The translations under genes were made by a program, and so were the position numbers. Below the pieces are notes generated by a model. The model made no database searches. It had not been told where the DNA came from and saw only the letters and a program-made list of their open reading frames with translations. From Octopus vulgaris (Eukaryota), in contig OX597814.1 of NCBI GenBank assembly GCA_951406725.2, positions 26,660,001-26,724,000 of the forward strand: a stretch of DNA of 64,000 nucleotides, given 5' to 3'. Below, in pieces: positions 41,305 to 54,420 of this stretch; position 1 is the first letter of the stretch; each line of letters begins with the position of its first letter.

Positions 41305-42581
41305 CAGTGTTCAGGCTAAAACTGATAGTTTGCATAAAAGGAAAAGGAAACAATATTTCATCTGAAAATAAAGTATTTTAAAAGGTCAATAAATATCGAT
41401 TAGATAATGGATGGGAGATAATAACTTTACTCAAAGTAATTGCCCTCAGTTTCTAATAATGGCCTCAAGATAGCTCAAGAACTTGGTGCATGCATTTTTA
41501 GATGGTGCAGGTCATTATTGAGCCACCTAATATGACTCTCAGAAGGCTGCAATTTCGCTGATGGTAAACCCAGTTGGAAAACACATACAAGTAAGGTTGT
41601 AACTTAAACACGTTTATTTGTGGCCACATGTACATACACAATGGAATGACAAACAGAATGGTTGGTGTGTAAGGGCCATGGTCTTCTGTGCTATGCTCCT
41701 ATCTGCTAGCTTGTTTGTGGCATAAGATAGAGCCAGTCAAATTGCATTCTCATAGCTTGCATGTCCATGTAGAAAAAGAGAAAGAGATGAGGTGACATGT
41801 CTGAACCTCAACGTTGTATAGCATCCTCTCTCTGTATGGCTAGCTTGTTTACCTGCAGTCAAAGTGGGTGGGAATGTGCCTACACATTCTTCACTGCATG
41901 CCAAAGAAGATCTTTGAACACCTCCTTAATCATGGCCAGCAGCTCAGCCTTCATGTTGCAGGTGAGTGATTGATGTCTTTCTTAACTGTACCCCATGCAT
42001 AGTAATCCAGGGAATTACAATCAAGGAAATTAGGAAGCCAGAAATTGAGGTTGGTGAAGTTGTAGGAATTCTCCAACTACTACTACTCATTCTTTTCAGA
42101 GTATAGCAAGGAGCTGAATCCTGCTGCCACACATATGGCCTTCCAGCAACAACCTTTTCCACCCAGGGATTGACCAGTCTCCAGCAGCTTCACAAAGCCA
42201 TCTGAATTGAGCCTAATATTTTGTTCATCAGTTGAATGAATTATGGTGTGTGGATGCAGTCAGAATGCCTGCTATGTCCCTTCCTGCTAGCCAGAGTTTT
42301 GTAGTTTCTTTTACAACAGTCCATACCATGTCTTACAGCCTTTGCAGTGTTCACAAGGCATTCAGTAATAGTCATGATGTTGACACTTTGATACCTGGCA
42401 TGAATTTTCATGATACAAGTAACTCTGTTACAATATTCAGATGGCTCCTAGTCTTCCATGTCAGCTAACTTTTACTCAACTACATTTAATCATTATACTC
42501 TCTGATGCCACTGACTGTTCACCAATACTTGAAGCTATTTCTGAAAACAGGATACATATCAAATTTAACCTGAACACCCTG
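41305..42581 (-). mobile_element. Second maT-like transposon (different TIR), opposite orientation
   Basis: TIRs cagtgttcaggctaaaactgata / tatcaaatttaacctgaacaccctg followed by TA; - strand AGRPYVWQQDSAPCYT and DCNSLDYYAWG. Confidence 0.85.
41497..41884 (-). mobile_element. Solo LTR nested in the maT transposase 3' end
   Basis: Termini t(t)tag..ctaca, 4-bp TSD catt at 41493-41496 and 41885-41888; removing it restores the transposase reading AVKNACTKFLSYLEA; aataaa on -. Confidence 0.7.
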
Positions 42582-45059
42582 TATATATGTATCAATATAT
42601 GTGTATGTGTGTGTCTCTCTCTGTGTTTATATAACTATATGCATCTATATGTATACATGTACATATATGTATATACCTGTACATGTCTATAAACATGTAT
42701 ATACACATATATATGTATATATATGTGTATATGTGTATACACATATATATTACTATCAAAAATTCTATATTTTGGCTTTTCTTTCTTGCTCTCTCTCTCT
42801 CATTTCACCATTTCTCTCTCTCTCCCTCTCTCTCTCCCTCTCTCTCTCACCCTCTCTCTCTCTCTCCCTCTCTCTCTCACCCTCTCCCTCTCTCTCCCTC
42901 TCTCTCTCACCCTCTCCCTCTCTCTCTCCCTCTCCCTCTCTCTCTCACTCACCCTCCTGCATTGTCACTCTTCAAACCACATTTCTGTCATATTAAACTT
43001 CCAAACACTTTCACCTATTTTTGTTTAGAATTCCATTTTCCCCTACCACCGCAATCACCACCAGTACTCTTTCAATTATTCAATTCTTAAAATTATCTTT
43101 TCTTTTGGCACTGAAGAAGATGCATTCTTTTATAAATTAGATCAAGTTTAAATCCTGTATTTCTTTTCCTTTCTGTATTTCTTTTTCTTACTCTCTCACC
43201 CACCTACCTAAATATATATACATACATACACACACACACACATATTGTAAAGCATTTTTTATATGAAAAAGAATAGAATATTAGAATATTCAATAAAAGT
43301 ATATATCTACACACACACACACATATATTAGTATGTGTGTGTGTGTGTGTGTGTTTATACAGAGAGAGAGACAGACAGGCAGACAGACAGACTTGTGGGG
43401 TATGTATAGATGAACACATCCTTACTAATAGTTTCAATCTCTGAGAATCATGACACTGACATACTTCAGAGAGCATAGGTCAAGCATTTGTAAAAAATAA
43501 AAATTAAACCAATATGAAATTGCTTCCAGTCATATGCATATTATTACCTGAGGTGTTGTAAGGAACACAGCATTTTTTTAAACTCCTGGTAAATAACACA
43601 TTGTTCCACTAGATTATTTTGGATCTTAGAGTTTATGTGTGGTAGAAAAACCTTAAAGAAAGAAGAAAGGTAAGAATAAAATATATGCAAGACAGAATTT
43701 GAATCCATGAAAGAGTATAGGAATGTTGTGTATGTTATTCTGGAAAATGTAGAAAGGGATGAAGTTATCCTTAGTCCTGGAAAATAAGAGATGAATGGGC
43801 TCTCAATTTACTAGACATAGTAAATAAATCTCTTTCAAATGACATCTTAGAAAAAATTACATTGGATAAAGTGTTCCTAGGTTCCTCCTACATAGCCAAA
43901 AGATGGGATGGTCATGACCAGAATGCTTTTTATCAATATTTCTGCTCAATCAGTGTCAGCCTGAAGCTTAAATAACAACAACATCAAAAACTTTAAATAA
44001 TGATTTTTATTATGGGAAAGAGAGTAATTGGTTAAATTAATTCCAGTGCATGACCATGGATGGATATTAGTGAAGTTAACATGGTAAGATTTGAACTCAG
44101 AACATAGAGTGACTTAACTAAATAAGTGCAAAGTCTCTACCATTCTGTCATCAGATAATCGTTTTTATTATGATTCAATGCTAATATCATATGGTTAATT
44201 TCTTAATACCTTAATGGTATTCATTTCATTATACCACCTCCCCTATGCACATAACAATATGAGTCAAGAAGAAAGCCTCTATATGGTCACTCAAATTGTT
44301 AGAAATAGCAGCCAAATCACCCTCATATCATCCCTTTACTATCTTAAATAAGGAAAGGACATAGAGAATGTATTCCTAAAGAAGCTTATTATTATTATAC
44401 ACTTAAAAAAAGACTTGATAGAAATGATTGGAATGTCTTCGGGTATAAGCCAGTTCTGTTAAGAACTTTAAAGTGTAAAGTAAAAATAACTATACTAGTA
44501 TTTGAACTCACATCAGTGGAGCATGGAATAAGGTATTTATGCAGCTCTGTGTTATTTTACATATTTCTGACATTAATTGCTTCTTCTTACGTTGGTTCAA
44601 GAAACCAAGATTGGAGAAATTTAGTTGAAGTTATGATTTACTGATGCAAAAATGAAGTAAACTAATTTCAAAATTAGTAATGCCACAATAAGCAGTGGAT
44701 CAAAAGAATTGTAGAAAAGTAGAAAGGAAAAGTAGAGCACCTAACAAATTGCCTTGTGCTATTTAGCTATATTGTAGGCCTATCAGAGGTAGGTCTACCT
44801 GGTACATAAATGTCTAGGGCTCAGAGAGACAAAGAGAGGCTTATGACTATCTGTTGGCTCCTTTCTAAAAATCCCTCACATTTTCTTATAATTCTAAGGA
44901 AACCTTCACCTTCAGTGCTCCCAAAACAATATTTTTCCTCCTTGCCCAAAGTTTTATCAAAAACCCTTAGTTGTAACACTTTACATTTAAAATGTGAATT
45001 ATGCTGTGGTTCATTTTATCATTCATCCTTCTGGGATCAAGAAAATTAAACACCATTCA

Positions 45060-45275
45060 AAAACTGGGGTAAAAAAAATTAGTACCAATCAAGTTCTGTG
45101 GAGAGGGTAAAGAAAATAAGCTCCAAACAAGTGTTGACAGTCAAGAAAATAAATTGCTCATCAAGTTCTGGGGTTAAAATGATAAGCACCAGACAAGAGT
45201 ACTTAGCTGGAAAATTAAATTACTAGTCAAATACTGAGGGTAAATAAATAAGTACCAGTCAAGTAATGGGGTCTG
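45060..45275 (+). repeat. Degenerate about 31-bp minisatellite derived from a SINE core segment
   Basis: Repeated ctggggt..aaataagtaccagtcaagta units, roughly 6-7 copies. Confidence 0.65.
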
Positions 45276-46103
45276 TTTCATTAATTGTTCACACTTCTCC
45301 ATCCACTTTTACCCTGACAAACAATGTACACCCTTGTATGTATGTTGGAGATCAATATTAACATCACAAGCAATAACATCAGAAGCAACTGGTAAAGCAA
45401 TAATAATGACAACAATATGAATAAAATATAGTAGTAGTAGTAGTAGGTGGTAATGGTGGTGGTGGTGGTGGTGTACCACCAAGAAAGTAACATTAAAATC
45501 GATATCAACTACAACAACTACAAGCAACAGCAAAATCATCTACAATAGCAGCATCAGAATCAATAACAAAAGCATAAAATATAATGCCAACTAAAAATCT
45601 AAGCAACATCAACAATATCAATAGAAAAACACCATTAACAACAACGTTGATAACAACAACAGTTACACACCCCAGCTATCATTTCACATCTGTTTATATC
45701 TCTTTTTTCCACCAGATAATTTACTTTCTCTTTATTTATGATATCTATAAAAGTTGATTGTATATCCTTGATATCATCACCAGTGTATATTTTTATGTTA
45801 TTCTATAAAGACTTTCCCTTCTCTTGTGTCACCACTCATACTCATCTACATACAAGTGTGCATTTACATATATATATATATATATATAAATGTGTATATA
45901 TGAATGTAATGTATATGTATGTATATATATACATGCGTATATGTGTGTGTTTTTATGGATATGTGTATGTATATATGTATATATATATGTGTGTGTATGT
46001 ATATATGTATGTATACATATATATATGTTATATATACATACATATATGTCACATATATATGTATATATATGTAGATAAACAGATATAAATATAGATGTAT
46101 ATG

Positions 46104-46163
<60 letters not shown>

Positions 46164-48158
46164 CTTCCATCATGCCTATAATTCTTATGCACAATCATAT
46201 CTCTTCATTCCCAACAACCTCTCCTCACTATACACCCTTCCCCATTGCTGCCACCACAGGTATCTCCCCCCCCCCCTACTGTACCATTATTCGACCTTAT
46301 CATTTCCCTAATGGTGAGAAAGTTATATAAAAAAGAAGAAAAAATTTTTACTTTTAGCTTTCATTTGATCCCTCGATGGAATCCTGTTTATCTCATATGT
46401 ATATACAATAAATAAAAAAATAAATACAGAAAATATGGGAATTTTATATTTACAGATAATTCTACATGAAAGCTATAATACTTTACGCAGCAACCTCTGT
46501 ACTTGATTTCAGTTTTTGTGAGAAGAAAAATCTTTCTTAGCTGTATTAAAATATTTATGACAATTCTTTTTCTTTTCTTTTCTTTTTAAAGAATTTCAGA
46601 ACTACAACCCTGTTGATTTGATCTATAGTAGCTTCGTAATATTTAACCCTTTAAGGGTAGTAGATTGGCAGTATTTTAGTCATGCTCTTTTACATCTCGT
46701 GTTCAAATCTTTCCAAAACTAACTTTACCTTTCATCCTTTCTGGGTTGATTAAATAAGTACTACTCAAATACTGATGTCAAATATAATTGACTGTACCCT
46801 CATTCAATGCCTGTGACCTTGAGTATAAATTAAAAATCAATATTTTGATTATTTTACAACCCACTCATCAGTTCTGCCTGTTGTGATGTGTTGCCAAAAT
46901 AAACAAATTCCCATCCTGGTTTTGCTTTTGCAATAAATAAATCTAAGATGTTATGTATATATGGATAGGTTATTTAAATGGAGAGTGATGATAGAAGCTA
47001 ATTGGATGGTCTGAATGAAAAGAGCTAAATAAAAGGAAAATGCTCATAAAAAGAAAATAATCCTTGAATATATAAGCCATAAAGTAGTTATTCATATGAA
47101 CACAGCTTTTGTTGGGCAAAACAATGAACATTCCTGTTCTTTCCAATTTATCTCCTCACTGGAAAAGTCATTTTTCTATATATTTTGAAATATTTCGTAA
47201 GTGTCACCATGGCTAGTGTAGTAAACTGATGCAATAATTCAATTTCTATTAAAGTTTCTAGCACTTTTTTTCCCTTTCTTTACTAATTCCCTTGAGAACT
47301 ATGCAGTTTTTGTACACTCTTTTCTTCTCCCTTAAACATTTAAGGCAACTGTCTTCATATAAAAATCAAAATCAGTCTTGCAATAAATGTTACAAACTTA
47401 TGTTTCCAAAAGTTCTTTCTTCTAACGTATTTGATAAATATTCTAGCATATTTCTAGCATATTTAATAAATACTAGAAACCTAAAATGCTTTGTGAATTC
47501 TGTTGTGTGGAAATACTGTAAGTCTGAAAGTATCATGTGTCCAAAATCCATCTTGGTTTCCAACAAATAGGCTGGGGAAACATAATGATAGTAAATAGCA
47601 GATAATGATATTGCTGTGAACAAAACCCTGGATAATCACTGGAAGCAAGCCAGTATTGCTGTTGGCTGTAATTTTCATCTAACGCAAATATACATAAACA
47701 TTTGATTCAAATGTCAGAGAAGCCTTTCTCCAAGAAATAACATTTTCAACAGAGTATGTTCACAGTACAGCCAGTTATATCCATACTCTAATATTATTGT
47801 ATATTCTTTGGGAGCATTAGATTTATTTGGAAATAGAGCTATCCTCAACAACAGGACACAGCACAATGAATTCTGGCCTTCTTAAGAAAAAATACAACAT
47901 ACATTCTTATTGCTATTATTTTCAATGTATATATATGCAGGTGTGTGTATGTGTATACATATGTGTATATATATATTATTTTTAATTGGCAGACAAAAAT
48001 GACTGAAGGACATATACAAACACACTTACACACACACACATACACATATATTTAAGCATATTTATGTCTGTATGAATATGTTTAAATAAATATGGCTGTA
48101 CACATATACAAGCATTTAGTATGTGTGTATGTATATATAAATATATATATATATATAT

Positions 48159-48525
48159 ATCATCATCATCGTTTAACATCCGTTTTCCATACTAGCATGG
48201 GTTGGACAGTTCGACCAGGGTCTTGGAAGCCAGGAGGCTGCACCAGGCTCCAGTCTGATCTGGCAGAGTTTCTACTGCTGGATGCCCTTCCTAACACCAA
48301 CCACTCCATGAGTGAAGTGAGTGCTTTTTACGTGTCATTGGCACAGGGGCCAGAGGAGACTGGTAATGTCATTGATCGGTTGGTGCTTTTTATGTGCCAC
48401 CTGCAGAGGTATCACAACTACAATTTCCATTTGATTTTTATTTTGATGTTCTGTGAGGCCCAACATTCGAAGGTCATGCTGGGAGTGGCCCTTCTTCACA
48501 CATCTCTCCTCATCCATACAAAGGT
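48159..48525 (-). mobile_element. RTE 3' end (ORF2 tip and tail), internally deleted
   Basis: (CAT)n tail family plus - strand MDEERCVKK..HDLRMLGLTE. Confidence 0.8.
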
Positions 48526-48744
48526 TAAAAAATAAAAATGAGGCAGGGAGAATGATAGATATGTGGCCCTCCTGATACAGGATGGCCTCTAGGGATAATC
48601 GAGGAACGCCACTGTCCAAGATTTCCCTGAAACCCCAAGAGCAATAGTAATAATACCAACATCAATAACAAAACAAAAACGATACCTGATAACTAGTGCA
48701 ATGAAACTGATTGGGTGAGGGAGAAGCAATTTGGCATTGATCTC

Positions 48745-49135
48745 AGTGCTCAACTGGTACTTATTTCATCAACCACAAAAGGATGAAAGGTAAAGTCAAC
48801 CTTAACAGAATTCGAATTCAGAACATAAAGACAGACAAAATGCTGCTAAGCATTTTGCCTAATATGCTAACAACTCTGCCAGCGTGCCACCTTAGTGTTG
48901 ATATAAATATTAATTTCAAATTTTGGCACAAAGATAGAAATTTCAAGGCAAGAAGTTAGGTTGAATATGTCAAAACCGGTACTCAACTGGTACTTATTTT
49001 ATCAATCCCAAAAGAATGAAAGGCAAAGTTGGCCTCAACAGAATTTGAACCCAGAGCATAATCATGGACAAAATGCCACTAAGCATTTCACCTAATGTGC
49101 CAACAATTCTGCTAGCTCGCTCACTTAGTGTTGAT
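48745..49135 (-). mobile_element. Two tandem SINE copies (37127 family)
   Basis: actggtacttattt..gaaaggcaaagt..gaatttgaac..ctaagcattt..aattctgc..cttagtgttgatataaatat is repeated twice, including the flank. Confidence 0.8.
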
Positions 49136-50118
49136 ATAAATATCAAAAGATATTTTATCTTTGAAGATGATGCTAACAAATAGTTTATAAAGTTATTAAC
49201 AATTTATTTAAGAAATTTTGACATTCAATGGTACTCTCCATGTTAAAGTATGACAACATATCCATTGTGTGAGAATAGAATGCTTTGCTTATATTTCATG
49301 TGGCACTAGAACACAATATATCAAAGATACTGTCATCAAACAGATATGCTTTTAACTTCATATTTTCATAAATTAAGAGTGTTCTGTGAAACAGTTACTA
49401 ATTTAAGCATGTTTTGGTACTTTCCTTTCTGACATAAGTCATCTTGTTAATCTTCAAACGACTCGAACAAAAGTAAATAGATGTAACATGCAATGAAGTC
49501 CATTGTGTTATCTAACATTAATAATGTTAAAACAATGAGGTTATATGACATTTATGACAGGGATAATATTTTCGGTGTGTACCTTACATTATTACTATCT
49601 CAAATTCTCTCTCCATTTATATACAGTTTGGTATCTATAAAAGATGATTTAATAACTTTTATATCATCACTATCTTCAATATTATCCCTTTTATGAAATC
49701 CTACCATCTACAATATTATCTCTCTTATCACACACCATCATCTTAAAAAGAGAAAGAACATATTTTACATGTGGTCCTAGATATAATATGTTTGGGAAAA
49801 GAGAGAAAAAAACATATGAGATCATTACAGCAGGAAGACCTTTGATCATAGGTCTGCTCAATCAGAGTCACTATGTCTAATCAGTTAATCTTTTCAACAC
49901 CAACTTGCTATAATAGCCAACATTAAAGTGTTCGAATTTAAATCCAAATACTGGACTGAAACCTCATTAGTACATGAAAAATAAGGCAATGGATTGGCGG
50001 ATTGGTAAATTCAAACTGCTTAGTTATGACCTTGGAACAAACAGCATTGGTTATTTAAGCAGTATCAACTTAAAAGCAGAAAGGTAGGCAGATATACACA
50101 CACACACGCATGCACGCA

Positions 50119-50159
<41 letters not shown>

Positions 50160-50160
<1 letters not shown>

Positions 50161-50545
50161 CAGGAGTGGTTGTGTGGTAAGAAGCTTGCTTCCCAACCGC
50201 ATGATTCTGGGTTCAGTCCCACTTGGGCAAGTATCGTCTACTACAGTCTCAGACCGACTAAAGCCTTTTGAGTGGATTTGGTTGATGGAAACTGAGAGAA
50301 GCCCGCCTTGTATATATATGAGTGTGTTTGTGTGTTTCTGTGTCTGTGTTTGTCCCCCCACCATTGCTTGACAACTGATGTTGGTGTGTTTATGTCCCCA
50401 TAACTTAGCAGTTCAGCAAAAGAGGCTGATAAAATAAATACTAGGCTTATAAAGAATAAAACCTAGGGTCAGTTTGTTCAACTAAAGGTGGTGCTCCAGC
50501 ATGGCTGCAATCAAATGACTGAAACAAATAAAAGAATGAAAGAAT
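50160..50545 (+). mobile_element. About 390-bp SINE with internal microsatellite
   Basis: caggagtggttgtgtggtaagaagcttgcttcccaacc..gggttcagtccc..gagtggatttgg..ccagcatggctgcaatcaaatgactgaaac; several copies in the window. Confidence 0.85.
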
Positions 50546-51559
50546 ACATACATACAGACAGACATACATACATATATAGAAAACAAAGTTATTTTATTCC
50601 ACACAGGTAGAAATATAGGAAAAATAGAAGTTGAAAATGGACTGAGAATAGTTAAAATATTTTTTATTAATATATATAAAGCTTTAACTGGTTTCACAGT
50701 TTACAGTGATTCTCAAAAAACAATCATGTGACTATCTTCTAACAACCAAATCCTATTCAAAACATACTAATTTGAGCCATGAACTTCCTATAAAAGCAGG
50801 GCAAACTAGTCAGAAGCAAGACAGCTGCAACATAAGCCACATATTTCTATTTGAACTTTTTGAAAATCAATGTAAACTGTGCTGTGACACCAGTTAAAGT
50901 TTCAAATATATTAATAAAAAATATTTTAAGTATTCTCAGTTCATTTTCAACTTCTGTTTTTCCAATATATATACACACTCACACACACACACACACACAA
51001 AACTACATAGCTGCAAAGAGAACTTTTTAACTACACTACTATGCCTGAACTTATATGCAGTTATTCATTCATTAAGTTAATGCAAGTGCCTCTATACAGT
51101 CATTTAATCATTTGACCTTCTAGAAATTGCAGCCAAGTATCTCTCAATTTCTATATCAACATTAAAAAAAAACCCACAATGCATCAGATAATCTAGTCTG
51201 GAGTACACTGTCTGAATGAAAGATGGGATAATCATAACTGGAATGCCTTTGATTATAGAAGATCTACTTCATCAAGGACAGCTATCTTTGGGTTTAGCAG
51301 CAACTGGAATGCAGTTATGCTTGTGTGGAAATAACACCCATGACATTCTCATTCTGTTATTAAATATTCTGTATCCTTGTATGTGGAGAGAAGCTTAATA
51401 TTGTATTTTGCACAGAGCAGGGTCCATCATTATGGAACTAGACATAATTCTATGATTCTTCAGACTCAACCATTGTCATAGTATTACACAACATACATCA
51501 GTTTTAGTTAAATAAACAAGCCAAAGATACTTTGATCCTCATCAAATAATAATGATAAG

Positions 51560-52895
51560 CCATTCTACTGTAAGCATAAGGTTTGAAATTTAGTGGGAGT
51601 TAGGGTTAATTGATCACACTGACCCAGTGCTCAACATATACTTATTTTATCTATTCCAAAAGTTTAATTGTGTGCATTTAAACTCTGAATGTAAAGTTGG
51701 GATATATACCACTACACATTTTGTCTGGCATACTAAAGCTGTTGTCAGCTTGCCACAGTAATGATTATGATAATAATAAGGATTTCAAATTTTGGTACAA
51801 GGCCATCAATTTCAGTGGGTTATAAGTCAATTACATTGACCCCAAAAGGATGAAAAACACCATTGACATCAGTGGTATTTGAACTCAGAACGTAGAGATA
51901 GACAAAATGCCACTAAGCATTTTGCCTGATATGTTAGCAATTCTGTCAGCTTGCCTTCGTATAATAATGATGGACTCTCCCATCAAAGAGCATTCAACCT
52001 TTGCTGAATGACCAGCACAAATGATTTCTTTATAGTGATCAAATGTTTGTGCCACACATTAGCTCACTCCCTCCATCAAATCGACGTTGCCTGAAGAACG
52101 TTGCTCAAGAAAACAATGCACCATCTGGTCTTGGAATTGAAATCACAATCTAGCAATCGGGAGAGTGACACTCCAACCACCAGGTCATGCACCCTCACAC
52201 CATAATAATAATGGTTTCAAGTTTTGCTACAAGGGCAGCCATTTTGTGGGAGGGGATAATTCAATTACATTGACTTCAGTGTTTCACTGGTACATAATTT
52301 ATCAATCCTGAAAGGATGAAAGGCAAAGTCAACCTTGTCAGGATTTGAACTCAGAACACAGACAGATGAAATGCCTCTAAGCATTTTGCCTGATGTGCTA
52401 ACAATTCTGCCAGCTCACCATCTTAATAATAATAGTAATGATAATAATAATAATAATAATAATAGTAATAATAATAATAATAATAATAACAACTACAGTA
52501 ATGGTTTCTAATTTAACCACAAATCCCTGTACTTGACTAGTACTACATTTTATTGATAAAGAGCAACGTTAACCTTGGTGAAATTTGAACACCACACACA
52601 AAGTCAGAATAAATATGACAAGGCATTTTTCTTACATGTTAAAGATTCTACCAATCCACTCCACTCATAATACTAATAATCCTTTCTGTTCTAGGCATGA
52701 GGCCTGAAATTGGTGGAGAAGAGACTAGTTAATTACATTGACTCTAGTGCTCAACTGGTACTTATATAATTGACCCCCCACCAAAATAAAAAAATGTAAG
52801 GCACAGTTGGTGGAATTTGAATGCAGAATGTAAAGACAAACAAAATGCCACTAAGCATTTTCTCTAGCATGCTAACAATTCTGCCAGCGCACCAC
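51560..52895 (-). mobile_element. Cluster of at least five same-strand SINEs (37127 family) plus one other tRNA-headed SINE fragment, separated by (AAT)n
   Basis: Copies near 51560-51760, 51785-51955, 52212-52420, 52500-52665 and 52680-52895. Confidence 0.8.
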
Positions 52896-54155
52896 ATTAA
52901 TGATAATAATAACATGATAATAATGATAATAAATAAATAACAGTCAAATGAAACCTTCAAAGGTAACTACAACAATTTATGATAGCAGATTCTCAACACC
53001 ATCAATGTTCAAAAGAACGCTTACTTTTACATTCTATCACAGCTATTTCAATTCGAAGTATTGAAAATCCATGTAGAAGAAAGATAACAGTCATAAGTCA
53101 TAATTATTTTATCTTTTTAAGCTTTCAATTTCTTTCTAGCATGTGAGTATATCTTTATGTATATGTATGTGTATATATATAGATATGTGTATGTATGTAT
53201 AGGTGTGGGTTTTGCATAGCTTTTCATTCTGAACACACCTCTATATTTCCATTTATTTTTCACATACATATTCAGCTACTTCTTACCCAGTAAATCATCA
53301 AAAAGTGTGGTTATGGCAAAACTACATTTTAATCGGCAGATATAGCTTCATTATGGATGAGAAGCATAGTGAAAATAATAATAATAATAATAATAATCAG
53401 AAGAAGAAGAAGAAGAAACACACACATACATGCACACCATACACACATATATTGGTATGATCATATAATCACAGGAAAATCAAAAGTTTTATTCATTTTG
53501 AAAAATCTTAGATTTTCTAGTTCTAACTTTTAACAGGAGTATCTTACCCAATTATAAAATGAACTTATCACAAGATAAATCATCTTGATGAGTGGATTTC
53601 ATACCTCATCTCTCCCATCTTTTAGTCATTTCTATTATTATCAGTAGCAGCATAATCATCAGTTTCATCATTATTGTTCTCATCATCATCGTCATCATCA
53701 CCACTATCCTTATCACTATTATCATCATTATTATCGTCTTTCTACATATGTTTATGAAGCTATGATTTTATACAGCTATTTTTAAGTTTCTTTTATATTC
53801 TGTATCGCTTTCTCGCTCTCTTTTATATCATCCCTTGATTTTAAATTATCGTTTAACAATTTGAACATTTCCATCTCTTATTCTCTACTCACCTTCTATT
53901 ATTGCTTCTGTTTTCTTTTGAAACCTGCAGGTCTCTATCTCCTTCTGCTTCTCTTTCCTTCCTTCTCCCCCCTTCAACCAACTGTTCTTTCTATCATTCT
54001 AAACAGCCCGAAGTAGCCTCAAATTCTACAGTGTGAACAAATGTCTATAATGTCGAATTGCTGCATACCTTGTGTAGAATTCCATGAAGGGAAACTACGC
54101 AGAAGCTTGTTACATATATATTGTGTATGTATATGTTAGTGTGTGGATTTATAGA

Positions 54156-54420
54156 TCATCATCATCATCGTCGTTTAACGTCCGTTCTCAATGCTAGCAT
54201 GGGTTGGACGGTTCGACCGGGGTTCTGGGAAGCCAGAAGGCTGCACCAGGCTCCAGTCTAATCTGGCAATGTTTCTACAGCTGGATACCCTTCCTAACGC
54301 CAACCACTCCGTGAGTGTAGTGGGTGCTTTTTACGTGCCACCTGCACAGGTGCCAGGCGGGGCTGGCAACGGCCACGGTCAGATTGGTGTATTTTATGTG
54401 CCACTGTATTTTATGTGCCA
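54156..54420 (-). mobile_element. RTE 3' tail fragment
   Basis: (CAT)n-cgtttaacgtccg..gctagcatgggttggacgg..ccttcctaacgccaacc. Confidence 0.85.

Noticed and set aside
48540-48645. GC-richer segment with gcgTTCCTCG on the minus strand, like an HDV ribozyme loop
   Set aside because: P3 and P1 pairings cannot be formed.
53967-53985. ccccttcaaccaactgt resembles the 3' part of miR-133
   Set aside because: The seed is missing, there is no complementary 5p arm, and the context is low-complexity pyrimidine.
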